Source of the DNA: Myxococcota bacterium
Lineage (GTDB): Bacteria > Myxococcota_A > Bradymonadia > UBA7976 > UBA1532
DNA: 64,000 bases
NCBI GenBank assembly: GCA_036337435.1
Contig: JAYZEG010000069.1
Location: 14,893-78,892, forward strand
Direction: 5' to 3'
This document shows positions 53,235 to 62,525 of the stretch, piece after piece. The notes under the pieces were generated by a model that was not told the origin of the DNA, ran no database searches, and worked only from the letters and a program-made list of their open reading frames with translations. Positions within the stretch are counted from its first letter, which is position 1; each line of letters starts with the position of its first letter. Both the position numbers and the translations under genes were made by a program.

Positions 53235-54938
53235 ATGAAAGTCCGTTCTATCATCCTTTGCATCCTTTGGCTCTGTTCTCCTCAGTGGAGTTTTGCCGAC
53301 CCCGGTCAAACGTTGATCTCGGCTATGGCTGCGGAGCTTAATCGGAATCAGACGCGCCGCAAAAAAGACGATTTTGTGGCGCCCAACTTTATCGGATACC
53401 GGCTCGGCGATGAAAAAAATATACAGGTGTGTGCATCTTTTTGTGCCCTCGTTCATGATTCAGAGTCCAAGCGTCGGCGTGCCTTCGTCGATGTAAGGGT
53501 GGGCGATTATAAATTCGACAGCAGTCCAGACCCCGAACTCGGTCTCGACCTTGATTATGAACAATTTCGCCCAAGTGCGCAGATTCCCCTCGATAACGAT
53601 CAAGCCGCCATTCAGGGAACTCTCTGGCTGTTGACGGACTCAGCCTACAAAAAGGCTTTGAGCATGTATTTGCAGAAGAAAGCCAAGGCGGTCAATTCGG
53701 TCAAAAAGACCCATGTGGATAGTTTTTCCAAGGAAGCGGTCACAACGGTTGTCAATGAAGCGATTACGCCGCGCATCGACCGCGCCGCATGGCGCAAGAT
53801 GGTCAAGCGAATGTCTCTCCGCTTTAGGAAAACCGAGTTGCTGATGTCTGGTACAGTGAGCTTTGGGTTTGTTCATTTAAAGACCTACATTGTGAACTCA
53901 GAAGGAACACGTGTGGCTAAGGAATATGGTCTCTACCAATTGGTTCTTGATGCCGTTACACGAGCACCTGATGGTATGCTTCTCGAACAGGGTAAGACCC
54001 TGTATTTTCGCTCCTTAGATGAGATGCCATCTGCCACCAAACTAGACCGTCTGGTCGATGCAGTCTCAGCCGATTTGATGGCTTTACGCATTGCGCCGAT
54101 GGCTGACCCATATACGGGACCAGCCATCCTTGAAAGCGAGGCTTCAGGCGTATTCTTTCACGAGACCATCGGACATCGATTGGAAGGTGAGAGACAAAAT
54201 GACGACAGTGAAGGCCAGACATTTAAGGGGCAACTGGGAAAGCAGATACTGCCTAAGTTCATCAACATCGTCGACGATCCCACGTTGCGGGTGCTCAACA
54301 AACAAACATTAAACGGGCATTATACCCATGATGATGAGGGTGTTCCGTCACAGCGGACTGTTCTCATTGAGAACGGTATTTTGAAAACATTTTTGACCAG
54401 TCGTACACCCGTTGAAGGCGTCAGTCATAGTAACGGCCATGGTCGTGCGCAAGGAACGGCTCGTCCGGTTGCGAGAATGGGTAACCTGATGGTGTCCAGT
54501 TCAAAACGAGTCTCGCGAAAGCGACTCAAAGAAATGCTGATAGAAGAGGCCAAAAAGCAAGGTAAACCATATGGCTTGATCATCACGGACATTATTGGTG
54601 GGTCGACAAATACCAGCAATTATGGATATCAAGCATTCAAAGGAACGCCTAGAATGGTCTATCGTGTCGATGCGAAGACTGGCGATGAAACACTGGTTCG
54701 TGGTGTTGAAATGGTTGGAACGCCCTTGTCCGCCATCAACAAGATCATTGCTACCGGTCGCGACTATGGTGCGTTTAATGGGTATTGCGGAGCCGAGAGT
54801 GGTTATGTGCCAGTCTCAGCGAGCGCACCGGCTGTTTTGTTTCGGGAAGTAGAATTACAGCGGACAAAGCCCGCAAAGCGCAGGAATCCGGTTTTACCTG
54901 CTCCTTGGAACGGTTCATCGAATTCCCTCGGTAAATAG
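53235..54938 (+). CDS. Secreted TldD/PmbA-family metallopeptidase
   Basis: 567-aa ORF with a signal peptide, the HExxxH-type site FFHETIGHRLEGERQ, and TldD-like GHGRAQG and GYCG segments. Confidence 0.8.
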   Translation: MKVRSIILCILWLCSPQWSFADPGQTLISAMAAELNRNQTRRKKDDFVAPNFIGYRLGDEKNIQVCASFCALVHDSESKRRRAFVDVRVGDYKFDSSPDPELGLDLDYEQFRPSAQIPLDNDQAAIQGTLWLLTDSAYKKALSMYLQKKAKAVNSVKKTHVDSFSKEAVTTVVNEAITPRIDRAAWRKMVKRMSLRFRKTELLMSGTVSFGFVHLKTYIVNSEGTRVAKEYGLYQLVLDAVTRAPDGMLLEQGKTLYFRSLDEMPSATKLDRLVDAVSADLMALRIAPMADPYTGPAILESEASGVFFHETIGHRLEGERQNDDSEGQTFKGQLGKQILPKFINIVDDPTLRVLNKQTLNGHYTHDDEGVPSQRTVLIENGILKTFLTSRTPVEGVSHSNGHGRAQGTARPVARMGNLMVSSSKRVSRKRLKEMLIEEAKKQGKPYGLIITDIIGGSTNTSNYGYQAFKGTPRMVYRVDAKTGDETLVRGVEMVGTPLSAINKIIATGRDYGAFNGYCGAESGYVPVSASAPAVLFREVELQRTKPAKRRNPVLPAPWNGSSNSLGK

Positions 54939-55082
54939 GGCTAGAAAAGACCTCAGACAGCTTATCGCTCTTGGTTGTTCCTGAGTTTTGGCTGATGTCA
55001 GCATTCGCCCTGTTGCCATGGGGGTGCGTTTGGATCTAGTCTGATGTGGGTCACAGATTAATTCAGTGAGGTTTCGGACACG

Positions 55083-56237
55083 ATGAAGTCGATTATCATT
55101 CAATGCGCACTTCTTTTTTCAGCCACATCAGTTTTCGCCAATGGACCAACCATCGCGATCGCTCCAGTCCAAACGGACAAGTCGATTCCAACTGCAATCG
55201 CAGAAGAATACGATGCCAAAGTAAGACAGATCGCCGCAAAATCAACTCAGGTTGTCTCGAAGAAGAAAACCGGTTCAGCATTGAGCAAGAGTGGGGTGAG
55301 TGCTGACTGTATGACCGATAAGTGCGGTGCGGGGTTGGCAAAGGCCGCCGATGCGCGCTTCGCGCTCTTTACGAAGGTTGTGAATGATGACGATATCTAC
55401 AAGGTCTCCATGACTCTGTATGATGCGGCTTTGAAAAAGCGTGCGGGTCAATCAGAAGAGGAATGCGAGCTCTGTGCAGCCAGAGAAGTTAATGGAACGC
55501 TCGCGGCCACGTTTAAGTCGTTTTCCAAGGCGATTGCGGTTCCTGCACCCAAAGTGAAAGAACCAAAGAAGACCACGGGTTCGGGCATACAGGTTCGTGT
55601 CACCTCCGAGCCCAAAGGCGCGGCTGTACAGGTCGGAGGCGTAAAGAAGGGCAAAACACCGGTGACGTTCACTGTGAAGCCTGGCACATATACATTGACC
55701 ATATCAAAACCGGGCTTTTTGTCAGTCAATCGGAAAATCTCGGCACTCAGCAAGAAGGTGAATTTGAAGGTCAAGCTTAAGGCCGACCCCAATTCGCCTC
55801 TGCTGGCGATGACACCGGCCGCGGTCAAACCATCGACGTCCAAGCTGGATAAGAACCCAAAAGTTGAGGACATCTCACCAAAAGCAAAGCCTGAGACGAC
55901 AGCGGTGAACGCCCCATCGGTCGGCAGCGCATACAATGGTTTGGCCCTGGGCATGGTTCTTGGCGGCGTTGCGTTGAGCGGTGTGGGGACGTGGCTGGTC
56001 TTGTTAGACGGTGAAGTGACGTGTTCCGATGGTCGTGGTCGTCGTGAATGTCCTTATGTTTACAACACAAACGGCCTGGGTTTGCTGGCTTTCGGCTTGG
56101 GTACGGCGGCCATCGGAGCCGGGACAGCCCTCTTCATTGAAGACTATGTCCGGATGAACCGGGTTGGCAATCAGATCAACGTGGGTGCCGCGCCAACAGA
56201 CGGCGGTGCATTCTTCCAACTGTCCGGTCAATTCTAG
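55083..56237 (+). CDS. PEGA domain membrane protein
   Basis: 384-aa ORF with a signal peptide, a PEGA core (VRVTSEPKGAAVQVGGVKKGKTPVTFTVKPGTYTLTISKPGF) and C-terminal TM segments. Confidence 0.75.
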   Translation: MKSIIIQCALLFSATSVFANGPTIAIAPVQTDKSIPTAIAEEYDAKVRQIAAKSTQVVSKKKTGSALSKSGVSADCMTDKCGAGLAKAADARFALFTKVVNDDDIYKVSMTLYDAALKKRAGQSEEECELCAAREVNGTLAATFKSFSKAIAVPAPKVKEPKKTTGSGIQVRVTSEPKGAAVQVGGVKKGKTPVTFTVKPGTYTLTISKPGFLSVNRKISALSKKVNLKVKLKADPNSPLLAMTPAAVKPSTSKLDKNPKVEDISPKAKPETTAVNAPSVGSAYNGLALGMVLGGVALSGVGTWLVLLDGEVTCSDGRGRRECPYVYNTNGLGLLAFGLGTAAIGAGTALFIEDYVRMNRVGNQINVGAAPTDGGAFFQLSGQF

Positions 56238-56476
56238 CTGGACAACCCGGCACTCGGCCTGCGGGCTGTAGATGACTCCACATTGGCGGGGCACTCAGCA
56301 GGCTGCCCGTCACCAACCGGCCACTTGGCTGCAGAGACAAGGTCGTTTTTTGGGCCGACTCAAAATTCAAAGGCCCCCCGCTGACAAACAAACGATGTTT
56401 TTTGTTCATGAGTGGGTCGACTCTACGTCTTAGCCAACAGGACACATGCAGCCGACCAATCGACTGTCATCACGCG

Positions 56477-59266
56477 TTACTTTGCTGCCTTTTTTTCGAG
56501 AAGCTTAAGATAGCGCGTGGCTTTTTTGTTCCCGGGGCTCAGTGACAGGGCCTTATTCCAGTGTTTTTTCGCTCGGTCATATCGTCCGAGTTTAAAATAG
56601 GCGAGTCCAAGATTAATTCGGTAATTCACACTACCAGGACTCAGGCGCACCGCCTTCGCATAGTGTTTGGCTGCCACCTTGTTCTGACCTTGTTGAAACG
56701 CGACTCGTCCGAGTCCAGCATAAGCACCTGACCGATTCGGATTGGATTGAATCGATTTGTTGAAGGCCACTTTTGCTTGAGCCCATCGGCCACTTCGGAG
56801 GTGATTCTGAGCGTCTCGATAGGGATCGGATGTTGCTCCCGCTGCTTTCTTTTCCGCGTCGCGTTTTTTCTTCTCAGCAGCGAGCCGTTTTTTCTCGGCA
56901 GCAAGGCGTTTTTGATCCGCGTCTCGCTCTTTTTTCTTCTCTGCAGCGAGGCGCCTTTTCTCTGCGTCTCGCTCTTTTTTCTTCTCCGCTGCGAGGCGCG
57001 TTTTCTCCGCGTCTCGCTGTTTTTTCTTCTCCGCTGCGAGGCGCTTTTGCTCCGCGTCCTGCTTTTTCTTCTCTGCAGCGAGGCGCTTTTTCTCTTCGTC
57101 TTGCTGTTTTTTCTTTTCGGCAGCAATTCGTTTTTTCTCTGACGCCTCTTTTCGTTTTTGTTCTTCGGCCTTCGCTTTCTCCTCAGCAAGTCGCTTTTTG
57201 TCTTCGGCCGCCTTTTTCTTTTCGGCAGCGGCTTCCAACGTTTCAACCCGCTTGAGCATTGTGTGAGCAATCTGCAGTCCGGGCATGAGCGTTTTGGCCA
57301 AACGAGCATTTCTCTTGGCAGCCGCAAAATCTGACGCCGCAGTCAGCTCGGTCACACTCAATAGAACAGCGTCTTTGACCGTCTCGGATAGGGGGCCGTC
57401 AAAACCGTCTTCAGGATCTATTTTTTTCAATGCCAAAATGGTCTCAAGCAACGCGTCCTCACTGCCCTGCCAATTCTTTTTTTGAATTGCCGCTAACGCT
57501 TGCTTCTGCAGCCGCTCCACGGCGTCATTTCGCTTTTTCTGTTCGGCGGTCAAGGGGCTTTTTGCAGCATCGGTTTGCGGTGCTGTCGCATCGGCAATCG
57601 GCTGGCCCGCGTCCGGGACCAATGCCTCAGTTGCTGCATCGGCCTTCGCCACCGCCGTTGCTTTTGCAGCAATTTCTGCACGGCGTTTCTGGTCTTCATT
57701 ATCCGAGTCCGCAGTGTTGGCAGCCACAGCTTCTGGAGCGTCTTCGGCCACGTCAGCGTCATAGGTTGACCAGACTAAACCACCAACGATGAGCCCTAAC
57801 ACGAGTACGATGATCGGGAAGATATTGCGGTCTTTTGGAATCGTGTATTCGTCAAACTGCGCAGCAAGATTAGGATTTGTAGCCTGGAGTTCGTCTACAC
57901 TTTCCACAAACCAACGACCGGTTTCTTTAAACTTTGTAGCCTCTGTGTCCAGTTCACCCAAACCAGGCTCGTCAGTGTGTGGATCCGACGACTCAGGTGC
58001 TTTGCTGACCGCGATTTTCGAACTGATTGAGACCAATGGCTCAGTTGTTGGTCGCGCACGGGTTTCTTCTGACTTGTTTTCAGTGGACGGCTCAGCCGCT
58101 GCTCCCTTGATCTCTGATTGTTCTGATTGCGCCTTCTCGTTTGCAGAATCCGCTCCGGACGTCTGTTCAGCCTCTCTGGACGTCTGCTCAACATTTTCAG
58201 TGGCTGGCGCCGAGTCCTCAGCTGCATCAGCCGATTCGGTGACACTCGCAACAATTGGCTCCGGTTTCCGGCTTGCGACCGGCTTGAAATTAAGTGAGGT
58301 CCGGTTACGGCTGCTGTCGTCTTCATTGGCAACAGCGTCTAACGCCTCTGTGACTTCGTCTATGGATCCAAAGCGACGTGTTGGCGTCTTTTCCAACAGT
58401 TTCATGACCACGGCGTCCAGCGAACGCGGAATTTGTGCTTGCCGTCGAACAATCCGTGGACTCAAGGGTCGGGTGATTGCATGTTGTCGAGCCGTCTTTC
58501 GAAAGTCGCCACCGCCGAAAGCTGTTCGGCCGGTCAACATTTCGTAGAGAACGAGCCCTAGCGCATAGAGGTCGGTTTGCTGTGTTAAGTCTTTCCCCGC
58601 GACCGCCTCAGGACTCAGATATTCAGGTTGTGCTCTGCATGCGGAATTCTCTCGCTGCGATGCCGTGTCCATCGCCAGGGTATGATGCTGACCCAAGCCA
58701 CCCAGAACAGCACGTTCCACCCCGACATCGTCTTGTACGAGGAAGATCGTGTCGGGTCGTATTCCTTGGTGAATTAAGCCTGTTTCGTGGACAGCTTTTA
58801 GTGCTTGAAGCAGTTCTTGGGTGATCCGTCCCGCAATTCGGGGCATGATTGGCCCATCGGCAGCGAGTTTTTCCGCCAATGAGAGACCGTCTTGTTTTTC
58901 GCTCACGATGTACGTTCGGCCATCGTCGGTTTGATCCATATGTCTCAGCGGTAGAACATTGCCGTGATCGATTTCAAACGATTTCGCAATTGTTTCTTCT
59001 AGCGCCGATAATGCTGGGTCATCGCTCGTAAACGCATGTGCTGCAACGAAGATCCATACCGGCGCGTCACCTGCGGTATCTGAACCCGAGTAAGTCTGGC
59101 CCGCGGCAGTGTCTGTCCGTAATTCATCAAGTCTGAATCGACCGCCGAGATCCTGACCGCTCAGATCGGTTACGAGGCTCTGCTCGCCACCCCCATCGTT
59201 GTCTCCTGCTTCAGCGAAGCACGGGTGATTGCCGTTCAAAATTAAATGCCGCTCCATGAAACGCAA
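56477..59266 (-). CDS. Ser/Thr-kinase-like protein with degenerate catalytic motifs (predicted pseudokinase), a TM segment, a long Lys/Glu/Ala-rich repeat region and C-terminal TPR repeats
   Basis: 929-aa ORF. HRDxKxxN reads HQGIRPDT and DFG reads GGLG. There is no VAIK Lys (VWIFVAAHAF), although the C-lobe is conserved (PEYLSPEAVAGKDLTQQTDLYALGLVLYEMLTGRTAF). TM segment: IFPIIVLVLGLIVGGLVW. TPR repeats at the C-terminus. Confidence 0.8.
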   Translation of the reverse strand: MRFMERHLILNGNHPCFAEAGDNDGGGEQSLVTDLSGQDLGGRFRLDELRTDTAAGQTYSGSDTAGDAPVWIFVAAHAFTSDDPALSALEETIAKSFEIDHGNVLPLRHMDQTDDGRTYIVSEKQDGLSLAEKLAADGPIMPRIAGRITQELLQALKAVHETGLIHQGIRPDTIFLVQDDVGVERAVLGGLGQHHTLAMDTASQRENSACRAQPEYLSPEAVAGKDLTQQTDLYALGLVLYEMLTGRTAFGGGDFRKTARQHAITRPLSPRIVRRQAQIPRSLDAVVMKLLEKTPTRRFGSIDEVTEALDAVANEDDSSRNRTSLNFKPVASRKPEPIVASVTESADAAEDSAPATENVEQTSREAEQTSGADSANEKAQSEQSEIKGAAAEPSTENKSEETRARPTTEPLVSISSKIAVSKAPESSDPHTDEPGLGELDTEATKFKETGRWFVESVDELQATNPNLAAQFDEYTIPKDRNIFPIIVLVLGLIVGGLVWSTYDADVAEDAPEAVAANTADSDNEDQKRRAEIAAKATAVAKADAATEALVPDAGQPIADATAPQTDAAKSPLTAEQKKRNDAVERLQKQALAAIQKKNWQGSEDALLETILALKKIDPEDGFDGPLSETVKDAVLLSVTELTAASDFAAAKRNARLAKTLMPGLQIAHTMLKRVETLEAAAEKKKAAEDKKRLAEEKAKAEEQKRKEASEKKRIAAEKKKQQDEEKKRLAAEKKKQDAEQKRLAAEKKKQRDAEKTRLAAEKKKERDAEKRRLAAEKKKERDADQKRLAAEKKRLAAEKKKRDAEKKAAGATSDPYRDAQNHLRSGRWAQAKVAFNKSIQSNPNRSGAYAGLGRVAFQQGQNKVAAKHYAKAVRLSPGSVNYRINLGLAYFKLGRYDRAKKHWNKALSLSPGNKKATRYLKLLEKKAAK
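56850..57230 (-). repeat. Coding tandem repeats (about 45 bp / 15 aa, RLAAEKKK-x-RDAEK-x) in the kinase-like gene
   Basis: The protein reads KRLAAEKKKQDAEQ KRLAAEKKKQRDAEKT RLAAEKKKERDAEKR RLAAEKKKERDADQK RLAAEKKRLAAEKKKRDAEKK. The DNA shows repeated cgcgtctcgctc-ttttttcttctc-(c/t)gc(t)gcgaggcg units. Confidence 0.85.
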
Positions 59267-59389
59267 GGGCAGTCAGCGATAGGCTATCTAAGACTGACTC
59301 CGACACCTTGCTTGAATAACCGGACACAATCTAGCACGGACAAAGCACTGGGGCAATTTGCAGTCTGCCCACGAGATTACGAAAAATGT

Positions 59390-60355
59390 TCAGTCCTGAT
59401 ATTCGAGGAAAGCACGGGCCGTTTCTTGGGCGGGATGATGGTCTGGTGTCAACTCAATGAAGGCCAACCAATGTCGTCTTGCCATCTCCCTGAAACCTTG
59501 CTTTTCGAAGAGCAGACCCGCATTGAAATGTGCGTCAGCGTACCCTGGGTTGAGTCGAAGGCACTCGGAATATGCAGCGACGGCTTCGTCGTACTTCTCG
59601 AGTTCATCCAAGGCATTCGCGAGATTATACCAGGCTTGCGACAAGCTAGGATCCGCGCGGGTCGCAGCTCGGTAGAGTTCGCCCGCAGTCCGAAATCGTC
59701 CGGTGGCAAAAATGAGGTTTCCGAGGTTACACATGGCGCGCGCATGGGTTGGATCCAGACTGATGGCGCGCCGGTAACCCATCTCTGCCGCCTCTAAATC
59801 TCCCGATTTTTCAGCTTTTTGTGCCTCATTGAAAGCGAGATTTGCATGATCCGATGTTGCGTTAACTCTTCGATTTGGAGTCTCCAAGATTTGTGCCGGT
59901 CTCGCTGGACCTGGGGCATCAAGATTAAACACCAGTTGGCCTGAACCTGTCTCCATGGTCACACCATCAAGGACGATCAAAACCCGGTCCCCCGAGACGT
60001 CGACTCGGACCGTGGCTAGGGGTTGTTCAATGTCTGGCCGCCAGTCTCTGATGGAGCGAACAAGCCGCCGTACTTGTCTGGTTTTGACGCCCCGATCTAA
60101 TAGCGCTTTCGCAGCTCTGACAGCGACGACATCGCTGAAGGTGTAAGAGAGGCGACCGGACTTCGTTTTGATGGCGGGTAGGAGGCCATTGCGGTGCCAA
60201 CGACGAAGTTGGGTCGCGGACACACGTGTGAGGCGAACCACATCCTTGGTTCCGTATTGTCCTAAGGCCGGTGATGGTAAATTGTTTTCTGCCAATCGAG
60301 TCAGCCGGCCGTAGCCGCCCTCCCATCGATGGCACTCTCGAAATCGACGGTCCAA
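59390..60355 (-). CDS. MerR-type HTH protein with C-terminal TPR repeats
   Basis: MerR-like HTH (YGTKDVVRLTRVSATQLRRWHRNGLL...YTFSDVVAVRAAKALLDRG) followed by 4 or more TPR units. The start is uncertain: the ATG at 60355 overlaps the upstream ORF by 55 nt, with an alternative TTG at 60295. Confidence 0.7.
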   Translation of the reverse strand: MDRRFRECHRWEGGYGRLTRLAENNLPSPALGQYGTKDVVRLTRVSATQLRRWHRNGLLPAIKTKSGRLSYTFSDVVAVRAAKALLDRGVKTRQVRRLVRSIRDWRPDIEQPLATVRVDVSGDRVLIVLDGVTMETGSGQLVFNLDAPGPARPAQILETPNRRVNATSDHANLAFNEAQKAEKSGDLEAAEMGYRRAISLDPTHARAMCNLGNLIFATGRFRTAGELYRAATRADPSLSQAWYNLANALDELEKYDEAVAAYSECLRLNPGYADAHFNAGLLFEKQGFREMARRHWLAFIELTPDHHPAQETARAFLEYQD

Positions 60356-60792
60356 GTGAGTGTATTACCAACGAAAGCGATCTTTGTCTGGGCTTCAAAA
60401 TCCACCGATGTTTGTTCGCCCAAAAGCTTAGCCAGCTCACGGAAAATCCGATCATCAATCAGGCGCCTAACCCTTTGATCACCCTCGAGAGCTGAGACGA
60501 TATCACCCGGAGTGATTTCAGCATCCAGCTCGGCTAAGTCATCCATTCGAATACGACAACTTATCAACGTTGATCCAAAGAGCCGATCGGATCCATTTAA
60601 GGAGTCGATTCGCCCCTCGGTGATGGTCTCCGCTCTCTCTAAAATTTGATCAAGAGTCTCGATGTTGACTGCGCGCCCGGAGAATAGCGGATTCTGTTGA
60701 ACCCGGTTGTTAGGTGTTTTTGACCAAGCAATATTGGATCGTGCGTGCGCCATCGGTTGACGCTGAATACGTTGGGGATCCGGCCTCGGCAT
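60301..60792 (-). CDS. Hypothetical protein, no recognisable family
   Basis: 163-aa ORF directly upstream of, and co-oriented with, the MerR-TPR gene. No motifs were recognised. Confidence 0.4.
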   Translation of the reverse strand: MPRPDPQRIQRQPMAHARSNIAWSKTPNNRVQQNPLFSGRAVNIETLDQILERAETITEGRIDSLNGSDRLFGSTLISCRIRMDDLAELDAEITPGDIVSALEGDQRVRRLIDDRIFRELAKLLGEQTSVDFEAQTKIAFVGNTLTWTVDFESAIDGRAATAG

Positions 60793-61026
60793 GTCATCAC
60801 TCCTGTTGGAAATCGCCGCATCATATCGTCAAAAGAAAAAGGACGCGAATTTAGACCCGGGATCCAGCGATTAGACTTGAAAATAGCTGGCGGGCGAGTG
60901 TCCTGTGAGCGTCAGTTGGTGTGTCACCAGCGTTATTTACGGACGCTAAAGGTGTGCATTTGACTCAGGAACCCGCTATACTACGTCGTCTGCGATGGGC
61001 AAACTGAGAACAAGTGAGGTGTTGAC

Positions 61027-61797
61027 ATGGGTCGCAATGCTCCTGAAATAGACCAAGAACGCATCCCGTATCCGGAGTACGTTTTACGGGTTTTGTATGC
61101 GTCGTTCTATCCGGCCGTCAAAATGGCTGTCGATCATAACTACCCACTCGATACCGTAAAGGACATGATGACGCTTGCCCTGTGGCAGGAAGCGAAACGC
61201 AAGCATTCAACCATCAACTTGATCTCTCTGATTTTCGGGAAGTCAACCCGTACGGTGAAGGCATTGTCGGCCCGCTTCAACAAAGGGGGCTTCTTCAATC
61301 AAACCGAAACGAACTTGATGCGCCGGGTTGAGGATTTGTTGCGTCAACAGCCAATGACCTTGGACGAATTGGCGGAACGGCTGCCACATTCCAATGAGTT
61401 TGACAGCTCTCGCTTGGCGGTTGATGCGCTTTTACGCGAAGGGCGGATCAACGAGCTGCCGTCTCGTCCAGGTCGGCACTCAAAATACACGATCGTGGCC
61501 CGTCACCATGACCTATTCAGCGAGGATGGATGGGAAAAGCGAGTTGATGCCCTCTATGAACACCTTGAAGCTGTGACGGAGACGATTCGGAGGCGCTTTC
61601 TCTCGGACCAGCCCGAAGAAGCAGCCGCCCGAACATTTTCCTTCAGAGCGACGCCAGAAGACATGGCTCAGTTTCGCAGTGAGTTGTTTGAATTCATTCG
61701 GTCCAGGACCAACGAAATGGAAAGAAAGGCCGATGATTCCGACCTCTCAGAGGTCTTTGCTGTTTACGCAGGTAGCACAGCGACGGAGGCGGAGTAG
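61027..61797 (+). CDS. Hypothetical protein with two putative (winged) helix-turn-helix segments
   Basis: 256-aa ORF with HTH-like segments STINLISLIFGKSTRTVKALSARF and MTLDELAERLPHSNEFDSSRLAVDALLREGRINE. Confidence 0.5.
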   Translation: MGRNAPEIDQERIPYPEYVLRVLYASFYPAVKMAVDHNYPLDTVKDMMTLALWQEAKRKHSTINLISLIFGKSTRTVKALSARFNKGGFFNQTETNLMRRVEDLLRQQPMTLDELAERLPHSNEFDSSRLAVDALLREGRINELPSRPGRHSKYTIVARHHDLFSEDGWEKRVDALYEHLEAVTETIRRRFLSDQPEEAAARTFSFRATPEDMAQFRSELFEFIRSRTNEMERKADDSDLSEVFAVYAGSTATEAE

Positions 61798-61800
61798 CAC

Positions 61801-62439
61801 ATGAAGAGATTGAAAGACTTGGGACACATCATTCTCGCGGTCGCGCTTGCGACCTCGTCCGTTCTCTTCGGCGTAGGATGCGGTGCAGAAGACGAGTTTT
61901 CGTCCATCGACGATGTCTTGGTTGTCACAAGCGAACTCGAACCTGCACATAATCTCGAGAATGATGACAATCACAATCCGGCTAAGAATGCGACCCTTAC
62001 TGACCCGCTTGATAAATCGGGTGACTTTACACTTCTGTCCGGACGCCGGCTTGCCACGTTGTCCAAGCATGTCGACGATCCAAGACAAGTTCGGGAAACG
62101 GGTTTTATGCCGCTCGACGAGGATGATGATGATCCGAGATTCGTGCGGGAGACTGGCTTTGTGCCTTCGCCAAGAATTCGCCTTGCGGGTATGCGAGGCC
62201 AAATTGCGACTGTTGAATGGGCGGCCGTTGATGATGCTGACCATTATCTGGTCAATGGCATTCGGTTCAGCGATCACGGCGGTCCTGCAGAAAGCTTCGA
62301 GTACCGAGTGGACGCAACGTTTACTCGAGTAAACACAGAAGGGCGGGTCACTCAGGTCATGGTGGTTGCCGTTGCCGCGCCCGAAAATCGTCGTTCACGC
62401 CCCTCAAACAAATTGACGATTATCCCTCACGAAGATTGA
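61801..62439 (+). CDS. Lipoprotein with an acidic linker and a C-terminal beta-sandwich (FN3-like) domain
   Basis: 212-aa ORF starting 3 nt after the previous stop. Lipobox LFGVGC and a duplicated DDPR-x-VRETGF(M/V)P motif. Confidence 0.5.
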   Translation: MKRLKDLGHIILAVALATSSVLFGVGCGAEDEFSSIDDVLVVTSELEPAHNLENDDNHNPAKNATLTDPLDKSGDFTLLSGRRLATLSKHVDDPRQVRETGFMPLDEDDDDPRFVRETGFVPSPRIRLAGMRGQIATVEWAAVDDADHYLVNGIRFSDHGGPAESFEYRVDATFTRVNTEGRVTQVMVVAVAAPENRRSRPSNKLTIIPHED

Positions 62440-62525
62440 TTGAAGCACCCACTTATTTTCGACAAGTGGTGTAGTCAGCCATTTCAGGTTAGCCTCTCGG
62501 TAGTCTAAATCCGGAGGCGCGCGGC

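Noticed and set aside
56641-57327. A 228-aa same-strand alternate-frame ORF and two plus-strand ORFs in the kinase-like gene's repeat region; also 57789-58547 (+, 252 aa).
   Set aside because: These are artefacts of the Lys/Glu/Ala tandem repeat and of the Ala/Ser/Glu-rich linker. The annotated frame is continuous with the kinase-like and TPR domains.
59348-59363. CTGGGGCAATTTGCAG as a sigma-54-like element.
   Set aside because: The GG-to-GC spacing is 10 rather than 12, and it points into the 3' end of a minus-strand gene.
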